Part shown: piece after piece, positions 11,601 to 23,807 of the stretch | Numbering within the stretch: the stretch's first letter is position 1 | Layout of the letters: each line of letters starts with the position of its first letter | Origin: Lytechinus pictus | Lineage: Eukaryota | DNA length: 64,000 bases | Assembly (NCBI RefSeq): GCF_037042905.1 | Contig: NC_087250.1 | Location: 16,618,001-16,682,000, forward strand | Direction: 5' to 3' | The notes under the pieces: generated by a model | What the model was told of the DNA's origin: nothing | The model's database searches: none | Seen by the model: only the letters and a program-made list of their open reading frames with translations | Program-made: the position numbers and the translations under genes

Positions 11601-14169
11601 CAATTTCTATGTCGATGACTGCCTGAAGTCTGTTCGCTCTACAGAGGAAGCGATAAGGCTCATTCCTCAGTTATGCAGCCTACTAAGAAAAGGAGGATTC
11701 AGATTAACAAAGTGGGTCAGCAATGACAAGGAAGTGTTGGAAACAGTCCCTCCTACAGAAAGGGCTGCATCGGTAGTTGATCTAGATTTGGATCATCTTC
11801 CAATAGAGAGAACACTTGGAGTCTTATGGAACATGGACTCTGACATGTTTAGCTTCAAGGTTTCTCCCAAGAACGTACCAGCAACAAGAAGGGGTATACT
11901 GTCCGCCACAAGCTCCTTGTATGATCCACTTGGATTTATGGCACCTTTCACAGTAAATGCAAAGCTTCTTTTGCAGGATCTTTGCGCCCAAGGTCTTGGC
12001 TGGGACGAGAAGATCAAGGACCAGGACTTGCAACGCTGGCAAGCCTGGCTGGCTGAGTTACCAGAATTAACCTCAGTACACAACCCCAGATGTTTCAAGC
12101 CATCTGACTTCAAGGACCCTGTCTATATGATCTCCATGTGTTCTGTGATGCGTCAGAAAGAGCATATGCAGCATGTGCCTATCTACGGATAGAGGATTCT
12201 GGTCGCACCCACAGTGCACTTGTGATGGGAAAGACAAAACTTTGTCCTCTGAAGAAGATGACAGTTCCCAGATTGGAGCTATCAGCAGCAGTACTAGCGG
12301 TAAAGCTGGGTCGAACCATCATGGAAGAACTCAGGCTACCAGTGAGGAGCGTCACATACTGGACTGACTCTACCTCAGTGCTGCTGTACATAAGGAATAC
12401 CAGCAGGAGATTCCGTACATTTGTTGCAAACAGAGTAGCTGTCATTCAAGAAAAGAGTGACACTTCACAGTGGCGCCACGTTGATACCAAGAGCAATCCA
12501 GCAGATGATGGTTCAAGAGGATTGCATGCAGGACAACTATCAAGATGGATCCAAGGACCAAACTTCCTTCTAAAGCAAGAAGAAGACTGGCCGGAAGCAT
12601 TCCTAACCCCGACTGACCAGAGAGTATTGCCCGCTCAGGACCTCAAGGATGATCCTGAGATGAAGGGGACTAATGCCATATCAATCAAGCCTGAAGATAG
12701 CATTGGTAATCTGATCAGTCGCTATTCAACCTGGAATAGATTAAAGAGAGGAGTAGCTTGGATCCTTCGCTTCAAGGCACACTTGATAGCCCGCACAAAG
12801 AAAAGTACATCTCAGAAGACTACAGATTTGACACCTTCCGAGTTGTCGGAAGCTGAGCTGGAAATAGTGAAGTACATTCAGAAGGATGCCTTTCCAGCTG
12901 AGTTTGAGAAGAACAAGAAGTCAAGGGTTGAACAGTCCTCCATGAAGAAATTGAACCCTACCCTAGTTGATGATGTCCTGAGGGTAGGAGGGAGACTGGA
13001 CAGATCACCTATTGACTTTGATGCCAAACACCGCATGATATTGCCAAGCAACCATCATGTGACCATACTGCTCATTGAGCACCACCATCATGAAGTTGGT
13101 CACTCTGGTGCAGGCATGACATGGACGGCACTAAGGTCGAAATATTGGATCCTGAAGGGGGTTCCACTGTTCGACGGATCATAGGGAAATGCATTCAATG
13201 TAGGAAGAGGAATGCACCAAGAGGAAGGCAAATGATGGCTGACTTGCCGAAAGAAAGAGTGACACCTGGCAGGCCACCATTTACCTTCACCGGAGTCGAC
13301 TACTTCGGGCCATTCAGTGTTAAGCAAGGACGGAGCCAGCCAAAGAGGTATGGCTGTATATTCACTTTTTGACAACTAGGGCTGTACATCTGGAGATAGC
13401 CAACTCCTTGGATACAGATTCATTCATTAACGCTCTTAGAAGATTTGTAAATCGCAGGGGGCTACCTGAGAAAATCTTTAGCGACAATGGCACAAACTTC
13501 AGAGCAGGACATAAAGAACTAAAGCAGAGCCTAGCAGAGCTCAACTCAACAAAGGTGGGTCGCTTTCTAACTCAGCGAGGGATTGAATGGGCGTTTAATC
13601 CTCCGGGTGCGAGCCACATGGGTGGTGTTTGGGAAAGAGTAATCCGGTCAGTTAGGAAGATATTGGGAAATCTTCTCAAGCTTCAGACTGTAACCGACGA
13701 AACTCTAAGCACACTCATGTCTGAAGTAGAAGCAATCCTAAATGCTAGACCGTTGACACCCTTAAGCGCGGATCCTAAAGACGAGGAACCGCTAACTCCG
13801 AACCATCTTCTTCTCATGAGAAGAAATCAGTCACTTTCACCAGGGGTATTTGATAAGAGTGATTGTTATACTCGAAGAAGATGGAAACAAACTCAATATC
13901 TGGCCGGACAGTTCAGGCGTTGGACAAAGGAATACCTTCCCTTGCTCCAAGAACGCCAAAGGTGGCTTAAACCACAAAGAAACTTCCAGACTGACGACCT
14001 TGTACTCATAGCTGATGACACTGCTCCTCGTGGGCACTGGCCACTAGGAAGAGTGACTATGACCTACCCAGACAGACATGGACTAGTTAGACAAGTTGAA
14101 GTTAGGGTAGGATCTAAATACTATAAACGACCAATTTCTAAATTATGTCTCTTAGAGAGCAACGATTAG
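8615..14169 (+). CDS. BEL/Pao gag-pol polyprotein, split by four -1 frameshifts in this sequence (ORFs 8615-9121, 9004-12192, 12138-13184, 13121-13372, 13369-14169)
   Basis: Gag [13 protein letters not shown]. Knuckles [42 protein letters not shown]. Protease [15 protein letters not shown]. RNase [12 protein letters not shown]. Integrase HHEVGH...CIQC, GVDYFGP, SDNGTNF, GGVWE. Confidence 0.93.
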
Positions 14170-14402
14170 GCTACTTTGACATATGACCGACATAAGACTT
14201 GTAGGGACCACACCCTCTTTATTATTGTTACATTAATGATTGTTGTAAGATTGATTTGATGTATTCTTAATCTCATTGTTATTTTCATTACTATGTTTAT
14301 GTTTATATCGTTAAGTATGGTATATTGGTTAATGATGCCGCTTTACATGTTTACGGTTTAATGAAATGAGTAACTGGTGGTTGCCTCATTTGGGGTCGGG
14401 TA

Positions 14403-15024
14403 TGTAGCGGCATGAATATAATTGGGTATATTTGCCATTATTATGTACTGTTTACATGCATGTATCTTGTATACAGAGTCAGTGGAAAAAGAAAGTAAAA
14501 AATGTCAATGCAAGATTGTACACAGCGCATTGCTTATTGTGCTCCTTGATTCCAAGAAGTCCAGGAGAAGATGAGTCATGTGGGTGAAGCATCACCCAAA
14601 GTATAGAACAAAGAAAGTAAGATTCAGAAGTTGCAAAGATTCAGAAGATGATAGTCAAGAAATTATATTTATTCCTATAAATTGTGAAATTCTCCAGGAT
14701 TGCAAACAGTTGCGAACCGCTCAATTACCGCTCAATCGCTCAATCGTCGCTCAATTGTCGTGCAATTGTTGAAGTACAGGTTGTTGACAGTTGATGCTGG
14801 TTAAAGGTTTCTTCGCTGGTCGTTGGTTATGTCGACCTAGAAACTTCATTACAAGGCCGTATTTGATGTCAAGTTGTTGATTTATGTGTCGTCATTATTA
14901 CGGAAGAAGTTGAAGAAGGAATAAACAGACAAGTAACTGTAAAGCCGCTGTTTGAGTCTTCAATTAGCGTGTTCGAACTAAGCAATTAAGAATTTCCACG
15001 TGTAGTTTAAGAAAGGCAGCTACA
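14403..15024 (+). repeat. 3' LTR of BEL/Pao element
   Basis: Direct repeat of 7973-8594. Preceded by the G-rich tract GGGGTCGGG (PPT-like, 14392-14400) and followed by the TSD CCCTC. Confidence 0.97.
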
Positions 15025-15801
15025 CCCTCCTTCCCCCTTCTCATCACTTAAGTATGAATTTTGTTATGAATTGAATTGACGCGTTTGAGATGTAAATAAT
15101 TATTATCTTTTGTTTTATGTTTGTTTATGTATACATATACTGTATTCAATTTATGTTGCCCTGTATTACGTTCGTTTAGAACTGGTAACCTGGGCCCATT
15201 ATTGTAATTGTTTCCCTTTTTATGAATAAAAGGTGATTTATAAACAAATACATTCTTGCCAATTAAGCAAACTTGTGACCCAATTATTAGCTGTTATTAC
15301 CAATTTGGACATATTTTAACTAGTTTTGTAGACAGTATGTTGCCAAGTGATGATTAAAAATTTTGCCTTTTTTGCCCAACTTTTTCAAGAGTGTACCTTC
15401 TTAGGTCACCCAAAATTTAAACATCACTTTATTAACGTCGACCAAAATGTATAGAGGCCACCATGGACCAATACCAGTATAGGCTTTATAGACTCATCGA
15501 CTGTTACTGATTATTCTAATAATTTTGTTGAGATCTAATTGATGCTCATTTAAAAGTATCACATGAAATGGTCAGAATATTGAGTCTTGTCGAACCACGA
15601 ATAAGTTTGGCAGGGGAGTGCTGTCATTACACATCAAAAATTTCTGATAGATAGGGTCACATTATCTTTCCAAGAGACATTAGAGTTTGATCGACCATAT
15701 GAAGGAATAGTTTGGTGAGAAAGAACTACCAGGAGAACTATTTGCATTCTTTATTTTAATGTGTATTTTCCCTGCACTGATTCCTTTCGGGTGGCTCTGA
15801 C

Positions 15802-17318
15802 CACTGGCGTAAATCCCGGGGGGGGGGATGGGGGGATATATCCCCCCCCCCACTTTTCGAGGAGGGGGGATGGCCTGTACAAACATCCCCCCCCCCCACT
15901 TTTTACGAAAGAAATGAAAAAAAAAATCACAAGAGATAATTGTTTTATTGGTGAAAATTCTTCCTAAAATACCGCTTAACAAATAAAACAATATTATTGA
16001 ATCATAAAATGCAAATAAAGAGCCAGTTCACCATTTCCAAACGAAATACTTATGTCATTATTATGACATTGAAGCGAAACCCCCGTTTCTTCCAATTCAT
16101 CAATGTTGGGATCTTTGGGAAGGGATTAAGATGGAATGTCAAAATTTTTTAATGCAATCTCTAATAAAACCATTAAACCATCATGGGGTAAAAAAGATAA
16201 TAATATTGGAGGGGTATTTGCCATATGGACATACAGTGGCGTAACTACGAGGGGGGCATGGGGGGCACATCCCCCCCCCCCCCCCCATCGGCTGACACAA
16301 AAAAAAACGGGGAAAGGGGAAAAGGAGAAAAGAGGGAGAAAGGAAGAGAAACGTAGTGGGAAAGAAGAAAATATTATCCATTATAATGTTATATTATATT
16401 ATAATTATGTTATGTTACATTACATAAGAAACATATTTATCATAACTTTATGAAACATAATTTGCCCAGGGCCTACGTCTTCATTGTTCCTGGTGCTCGC
16501 ATTGTCTGTTTAACGTGATATATAATCCTGTTTTACTAAAAACATCCCGTTTTCAAGTCAATATAAACCAAATATATTTCCTAGCACTTGAGATATCATT
16601 GTTTTATGTAGTGACATATGCTTCTTTTTCACGACTCAAAAAGTGATTGCCCCATGTTAAGGTCTTCGTATATATGAAACATTTCCTGTCCGTGATTACG
16701 TTCGCATTAGTGGATTGGTGAGATATGTCTGCTTTTCATAAATTCCTAAAATCAGTCCTTTAAATGTCCCTTCTGATCTGAATATCAAAAATGTTCAGCT
16801 CGCGCTTCGCGCTCGCATCATTTGGTTAATGAAATACGTATGGTCCTAGTTAATTCTTACAAAAAAACCTTAGAATACCCCATTTCAGGTCTGAATTATC
16901 TAAATTTTCAGCTCGCGCTTCGCGCTCGCATTGTTTAGCGAGACAGGTACCTATCATGATTACACAAATTTGATTATAATGTCCCTTTTTAGGTGTGAAT
17001 ATAAAACAATTTCAGCTCGCGCTTCGCGCTCGCATTATTTGATCAGTGTGATACATATCAGTTTAATGACATTGTCCTTAAAGTGTCTCTATTAGGTCAG
17101 TATAACTGGCAACTGAGCGCGCTCACTAGCGCACTCACTCAGTGATTCAAAATTTTTGCTGGTGCCCCCCCCCCAATGCCGTGACCCACGGTACGCCACT
17201 GTGGACATATCAATGGCAATTCTTTGCATATCTAAAAACATGATTGCAAAAAAAATGCCAAAATATTTCAGTCATCCCCCCCCCCCCCCCCACCCATCAA
17301 CACGGATTTACGCCAGTG
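15802..17318. mobile_element. hAT-like non-autonomous element (outer member of a nest)
   Basis: TIRs CACTGGCGTAAATCC / GGATTTACGCCAGTG. 8-bp TSD GCTCTGAC / GCTCTGAG (7 of 8 match). Confidence 0.8.
16234..17201. mobile_element. hAT-like non-autonomous element nested in 15802-17318
   Basis: TIRs CAGTGGCGTA / TACGCCACTG. Perfect 8-bp TSD TGGACATA (16226-16233, 17202-17209). Internal GCTCGCGCTTCGCGCTCGC motifs. Confidence 0.85.
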
Positions 17319-18270
17319 GCTCTGAGCTGTCAATCTCGCTGTCTTCTCTAAAAAGTCTCCTTATTCTGAGCTCAATATACATAACGTTTTAGCCTACATA
17401 ATTATCCTCTTAGTCACCCAAAGTCAAACATCTCTTTTCCACGTCGAGCAAACGTACATGCCTGTTTCCCCTCCCTAGATCTCTCGTATCAGAATGCCAA
17501 CGCCTTAAATCCTCTGTGTGCATAAACCTACTTGAGTTCGAGGCCATGCAGCATCCGGGACGCGTTCGGGAGGACAACAGTTTTCTTCTCGATCACTTTG
17601 CTTTGGAATTGTCATTGGTGGTACATGGCCTGTACATGCGGGAGAGCTAGACTGCAGGAAGGAAGCCTCCGTACATTAATCAATAACGTCTTATGAAGTT
17701 GATCGATCCAAAATACTTGGTATTCCCCATCGTATAGCCAATACTCCACTGGACCGTGTCATTGCCCTCCTTGTCCCAGCTAGCTTGTTTCGAGCAACCG
17801 TGGTCTCTGGATCAGCTAACGTAACAGGAACGTGGCTGTGCTCTGCCTTCTGAAGACAATCAATACCATTTGTTTTTTCTGGGCTCCGTACCACAAAGGT
17901 TAGCAATTGATCGCTTATTTGAAAGAGCATTTCTGATTGGTTCCTAGTCAGTCTATTGAGCAAGATGCACGTGCAACGATGATCTCGATAGGCTATTTCA
18001 TTTCAGCGATTAATTGTTAATCTTTGTGTTACGGGGCCCTAATGCTAGCACGTACGGTCTGCATCACTGACGCACTGTATCGATCATCCTCAGAACTTTT
18101 GTGCGGACTTGGACTGTAGTTGATCAGGTCGGAGATCTCACGTGAGAGCAGAATAGCGGCCCACCTAATTCTGCTGTAGGTTTATGGTCTTCAGCTGATG
18201 CGGTTAAGGCTTCAAGCCAACTCGGACAAGTGGCTAGATGGACATTACACCAACTGGAAAACAACCATAA

Positions 18271-20154
18271 ATGGTAAGTCTTTTACCAAAGCTTTTTGTC
18301 ATGCCTATTTCTTTGGCTATTAGCGCGTGAATATTTATGATGTATATATTATTTTAAACAATCAATATACATGATATAGGCCTACAGATATCCCAAAAGG
18401 CCATGTTCGTTATGATGTTGATAATTTATATTATTATATTGAACGTGGACTCAATGCATCTGCTTAAGCACAGTTTCTATATGATTAAGAGTAAAGATTA
18501 ATAAGCTCAATGTACACCAAGAATTTGTGACGCCTCCAATGAAACAAGACCACCTTATTTTTATCAAGAGCTGCATGGATTAGTAATATTGTGTCCGTAT
18601 GGTATTTCACTGCACTCTAAAAAAAATACTGGGTTAAAGCGCTCCATGGGGGTAATGTTGTGTCCAACCAACATTGGGCATTTCTTTTGGGCATTTTTAT
18701 TTATCCAGTGTGATGACAATTTTGGCCATTCTAAAGTAATTGCTGCTTATTGTTTAACCTTACTGGACAATAGGCTTCCTGCATTAGGTAAAATACTGCC
18801 CAAAATTGGTTTGACACGTAATTACCCTCGTGGTGGTAGATTTTTTGCCCAATATTTGTTAAAGTGTGCAGAAATTATATTCATCTGTCATACAAGTCAT
18901 GCAAATTATTTAGCAACCGTCAATTTTGAATTATTCACCCGTATCCAAGAGACTAAAGTAAACCAAAAATATTTAATTTCTGATATTATGTTTGCGTTAA
19001 AACTGATAAACTATAAAATTTTACCTTTGTAAAATATTTATATTTTAAGCCTTGAATTAGAAAATATTTTTTTCTTGATCATATTTAAACCACTGTGTGA
19101 CTGTACCAACCAATCATGCTATTAAATCAATGACTGTCTTACACGATATAGAGTACTGTAGGCAAGCCAATATTTTATTTTTATTAATGTTTTAGCAGTA
19201 AGAACCACGGGTTACCCTGTTGCATAAAAAATAAAATGGAGATCATTAAACGCGACGACTTTCCCTGTTAATACACACTGCATGCTAACTATGCGACACT
19301 AGTGTTTGGCTGTGATGGGATGCACAATTCTGAGAAGAATACAATTGCATAATTACAATGTTAAAGAGGTAACAGGTAAACATTTGAGGCGAAGGGGTAA
19401 ACATTCCGAGCTAGTCGATGTATGTTTACCCATCCCCTTCATACCTGTCTAACAAAACTACCCTTTGTGACATATGGGATGCAAGCTAAGGGGGAATTAG
19501 TGAGTACCATCAAGAACGGCATTTTGAAGCCACCAACGATTGCGGAAATTTTCCGAGTTTACGAAGGGAGCGATTACGTGAATTCTTGGCCAAGAGCAAA
19601 TCATGAAATATTAAAAAAACATACAAAATATTAAGGATTCATATCAGGGCCCATAGGCGGGGGACGGGGGGGGGGGTCCTGCCCCCCCCCCCCTAAATTT
19701 GAGGTGGGGGGGGGGACGGTCCCCCCTAAAGTTTTTGTTGATAACCTTTTTGTTTTTTCTTGTCAAAAACTTTTGGTGGTCTCCCCCTAAAATTTGGTTG
19801 AAACCCTTTTTTTTTTTCTTTCTTTTTTGCTTGTCAAATTTTTTACCTGAGTCCATCCCAAAATTTCAGGTGGACCCCCCCCTAATTTTTTTTGCTTCCG
19901 CCGCCAATGTCAGGGCCCCGTCTTACAAAGAGTTACTATTGATCCCATCAACCACAACTATATATGGATGGCCAGTATTTTTTTGTCAAAATGTTATCTA
20001 TATATGATGAATATTCTCTTGGAGATTCAGTGTGATTCTTTTTGTTTACCAAGGAGATTGCAAAAATGGATGGATTTCCATACAGTTGAGATTGATCGGA
20101 TCTATCGTAACTCTTTGTTAGAAAGGGTGTCCAGATCATGTAAGATATATATAC

Positions 20155-20194
<40 letters not shown>

Positions 20195-23100
20195 GGTAAT
20201 ACTCTTAATGCAAACAAGCTAATCTGGTCCCTAATCATACTCCTCTCAGAGTGAGATGGAGGACCAATCCTGTGGAAATATGATTTCAATATTTCGGGAG
20301 TGATTTTTTAACCTTTTTTGGAGTGAAAGTGTAAGAAAGATGCACACTTTCACTCAAAAAAAGTAAGAATTCACTCTTAAGAGATTGACATCTCATTCCA
20401 TCAGGACTGATCCCTCATCTCACTCTGAAAAGAGATAAGAGACCTTTGCATTTAGAGAGTATATACATGTACATGTATATTATGTAAGATACACAACGAT
20501 ATATTCCTTCATTATCGACTTTCTAATACATTTTGTGTACGTACTACGCGGCCAAACGAAAATATTTGAAAGGAGATTTAGCTGGAAATCCAATGATTGG
20601 ACAGCAAGAATCACTGAAGGGTTCGCGCCGTCAGTGGCATGTATATATTCGGCCATTAGTAGAGGTAAAAGAACTTGAAATGGATAGGGCAAATCTGCAA
20701 TAATCCCAAGAATTCCCATACTTTTTTTGTGCAGATTGAAGGGCACCACACCTGGATTGATATGAGCCATTTTGATGAAGAAACAAGCGGAAATCGACCA
20801 GATATCTCTTCCCACATTGTAGCAGAAAGAAACCCACAACAACTCCCAAATATGACTGTAACATGTCTGAGGCGGAAGGCGTTTAGAAGTCCTTTCCTGG
20901 CGATCTGTACATTGGCAGTCGGCTGCTGCGCCCTCTATATGTTTTATGGTTATCGGACGTTTACAAAAGGTGAATTCACTGAATATTTAGGCTCCTTTCA
21001 TTATGACGTCATGATCTCATAGCGCCCTCCCTCAGAGGATATAGGAATATATATGTCGGAGATGTGCCGGCTGCAGCTGCAGATCACTAGCAATCGCTTC
21101 AGCCTCTGAGATTGCGGTTTGATGAGACAAGGATGCTTTCTCGTGCTATGAAATAAGCAATTATGTATATTAGAAAAGTTCATAAATATATGCTATTGAC
21201 AGAGGTTGCTAAATTCAAGCACGAGAGTACGAGAAATATGCACATAGTCCATGATTTTGTTCCATAGTAGGACCACCTTTGAGAATTTGGGCCAATGTAG
21301 GAACCAGTGCACCATAGCGTCGTGACCGTACCTTCGGGTAGGAAAGGGGTTAAGATTTTATGGGGGCCAAATTTACAATGGAGCAGATAGTTATTAGCAT
21401 ATCGGGTACATACCAGGAAATGATATGCAAGTACACACCATTATCCAAAATCGCAGATTCCTCCAAATTTAATTTACTCGTATATAATTGAACTATGACT
21501 TTTGTGAGCGCGAAGCGCGAGCTTAATTTCTCTTGTTATCATGACCTGACAAGGGACGTTTCAATCACCGTTTAAATTCATTAAGAGGATATAAGTATAT
21601 TACTAAACAAATAATGCAATTGTTATTGTTATAGTAATTTATCAAAAATATATTATTAATCTTTCCTCTATAGCGCCTCGATATGTTCATGTTGACAAGC
21701 TCTCTTCGTCTCCTTTAGAAGGAAACACGAATGCTTACATCTCCAATCAGATACTGCATTCAACTGTTCCAAAGTCAAAGGTGAGCTATGCTTGTTTCGC
21801 TTTTAGCATGCCTAGATGGGCTATTTCTACATATTGCTATTTTAGGTCGTAGTCGTCGTCGTTCTTGCTGTGTGTGTTTTTTTTTCTTAAGGGGCGAGGG
21901 CAATTTAAAAGTTGTCTTAGGTATTAATGATAATGATATCTGATTGGCGTATGACTCTAAGAACAAACAAATTATAAAAAAAACACGCATACACTGAACG
22001 TACAGCGGAAAACATCAACATTTTGCATGTTATTCCAAAGCAAACACAATGCAAATAAAATGTCGGACGAAAGACTACAGACTTTGTTGAAATAACATTC
22101 ATCATCACTAATATAATTTATGTAACGTGCATGTTTGTAAAATTGATCACAATTGGCCTTTGACTGCGATGATATTTTAATAAACCGTTTAATCTATGTA
22201 TCTATCTATCTAAGATCGCTCAATTGGAGAGCCCCTGCCATGTAAAAAGAAAGGTCATGGATTCGATCCTGGGGCCCGTTGCAGAAGGAGTTGCAATCAA
22301 TCGCAACTCTAAAAATCATGCGCAACTTGATTTTCAACCAATCAACAGCGCGCATTTTTGACTTGTGATTGATTTTTTGACTTGCGTTTAAACGCAACTC
22401 TTTCTGCAACGGACCCGTCTGAATCATACCAAGGAATTTTTTTTTTTTTTTTATGTGAGATTCTTCCTTGTCATGCTTACGACGTATTAAAACGGAGAAG
22501 GGTAATACACGATGTTATACATGGTTTTCTGGTAAAAGAGATTTTGAGCTGAAGTGGCTACCCGAATGGGTGAACAAGAAGTATTATTGTTGTAATTATT
22601 GGTATCATTGTCATTATTATTATTTTCATTATTATAATTATTTCTGCTATAATTATTATTGTTGTTTATATCATTATTTTCATTACCATTATTATTATAC
22701 GGAAATCATATATTTAATGTGATTTATTTTTATTCATTTTGTTTCTAGCAGGTGAAAGAACCGCCTTCAGTTGGAAAAGACATCGGAACAAAGGACTTCA
22801 TTTTGAAATTCAATGAAGACAACATCTCAGTTACTAATGCACCAGAGCACATCTCACCTTCTAAAACAATGGACAGTGAGCCTACGAATCACGTGACTGC
22901 ATCTAGGGGACATCAATTTCACAATAGAACTGCGAAATTAACTGAAAGCCCTACACCATCAGTCGAAGAAATACTGAAGCTTCAAGCAAAGCGGAAGCAG
23001 CGAATTGCAGATGTATGCCACGAACACAGATTGAAAATTGGAGGGAACTTTTTATACAAGGATACCTTTAGACATATGTATGTTATTGAAGATCAGAAAC

Positions 23101-23807
23101 TTTTATTTTGCTACATCCCAAAAGTTGGCTGCAGTAATTGGAAGCGTGTTCTTATGGTGCTCGATGGGAAGCGTGACGTCATGGATGATATAACGAGCAG
23201 AGAGGCGCATGCGCATAACGGGATAACGCGTTTCGGTATGATAAGTAAAGAGGAACAGGAATATCGATTGCAGAACTATCGGAAGGTGATGTTCGTGCGT
23301 AATCCGCTCGCGCGCGTGGTCTCTGCGTACAAAAACAAGTTTGCAGATTTGGCTGTCTACCGCACGGCCCCTCCCGTTTTTCACAAATTTGGGAAGAGAA
23401 TCGTGAAAAGATATCGAAATAATCCGTCACCTCTAGCATTGACGACAGGAGAAAATGTCACGTTTGCCGAATTCGTGACTTATCTGACAAACAAGAATGA
23501 AAGGCTGGAGTTCGATAGGCACTGGAAAGAAATGTATAAGCTTTGCTCACCGTGTCAAATCCACTACGATTTCATTGGCAAACTAGAAAATGCATACGAC
23601 GAGGCTGAGTATGTTTTACGGAACATGAACTTCACACGATCCCTAAGTTTCCCGGGCAGAGAGAATAGCCACCCGACGAATGTGAGCAGCAGCGGTACAG
23701 ATGAATATTTTGAGAATTTTTCTACAGAGACTCTAAGAGCACTATGGGATATTTACCATACGGATTTTGAATTGTTTGGATACCCCAAGCCAGATTATAT
23801 CAATTAA
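18271..23807 (+). CDS. Carbohydrate sulfotransferase, CHST11/HNK-1ST (Sulfotransfer_2) family, type II Golgi protein. Proposed coding exons 18271-18273, 20735-20969, 21674-21780, 22749(or 22752)-23807, about 467 aa
   Basis: 5'-PSB CYIPKVGCSNWKR, 3'-PB FVRNPLARVVSAY, HW..CSPCQIHYDFIGKLE, DFELFGY. TM segment FLAICTLAVGCCALYMFYGY. GT-AG boundaries with consistent phases (0, 1, 0). The first exon is less certain than the rest. Confidence 0.85.
19652..19909. mobile_element. hAT-like MITE in CHST intron 1
   Basis: Ends CATAGGCGG / CCGCCAATG with perfect 8-bp TSD TCAGGGCC. Confidence 0.75.
20735..20969 (+). CDS. CHST-like gene exon encoding cytoplasmic tail and transmembrane anchor (alternative in-frame starts at 20762 and 20852)
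   Basis: Acceptor CTTTTTTTGTGCAG| and donor AAAG|GTGAAT. Basic RRK precedes the hydrophobic segment. Confidence 0.8.
21674..21780 (+). CDS. CHST-like gene internal stem exon (107 nt, not in ORF track)
   Basis: Acceptor CTTTCCTCTATAG| and donor AAG|GTGAGC. Open frame (A)PRYVHVDKLSSSPLEG...PKSK bridges the phase-1 donor to the phase-0 acceptor exactly. Confidence 0.8.
22749..23807 (+). CDS. CHST-like gene catalytic exon
   Basis: Open frame of about 350 codons with all Sulfotransfer_2 motifs. Acceptor TTTCTAG|CAG|. Confidence 0.93.
   Translation, partial: QVKEPPSVGKDIGTKDFILKFNEDNISVTNAPEHISPSKTMDSEPTNHVTASRGHQFHNRTAKLTESPTPSVEEILKLQAKRKQRIADVCHEHRLKIGGNFLYKDTFRHMYVIEDQKLLFCYIPKVGCSNWKRVLMVLDGKRDVMDDITSREAHAHNGITRFGMISKEEQEYRLQNYRKVMFVRNPLARVVSAYKNKFADLAVYRTAPPVFHKFGKRIVKRYRNNPSPLALTTGENVTFAEFVTYLTNKNERLEFDRHWKEMYKLCSPCQIHYDFIGKLENAYDEAEYVLRNMNFTRSLSFPGRENSHPTNVSSSGTDEYFENFSTETLRALWDIYHTDFELFGYPKPDYIN

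Larger units (their letters stand above)
7973..15024 (+). mobile_element. Full-length BEL/Pao LTR retrotransposon
   Basis: Two 622-bp LTRs (TGTAGC...GCTACA). 5-bp TSD CCCTC at 7968-7972 and 15025-15029. Domain order gag-PR-RT-RH-IN with triple Cys/His knuckle, YVDD RT and Pao-type RNase H. Confidence 0.97.

Noticed and set aside
9747..14037. Antisense and alternate-frame ORFs within the BEL pol region
   Set aside because: Shadow ORFs of a long coding sequence with no independent motifs.
17525..17965. Possible divergent minus-strand exon (MTIPKQSDREENCCPPERVPDAAWPRTQ|GTAGGT) near the CHST promoter
   Set aside because: No recognisable homology and no partner exons found. Too weak to call.
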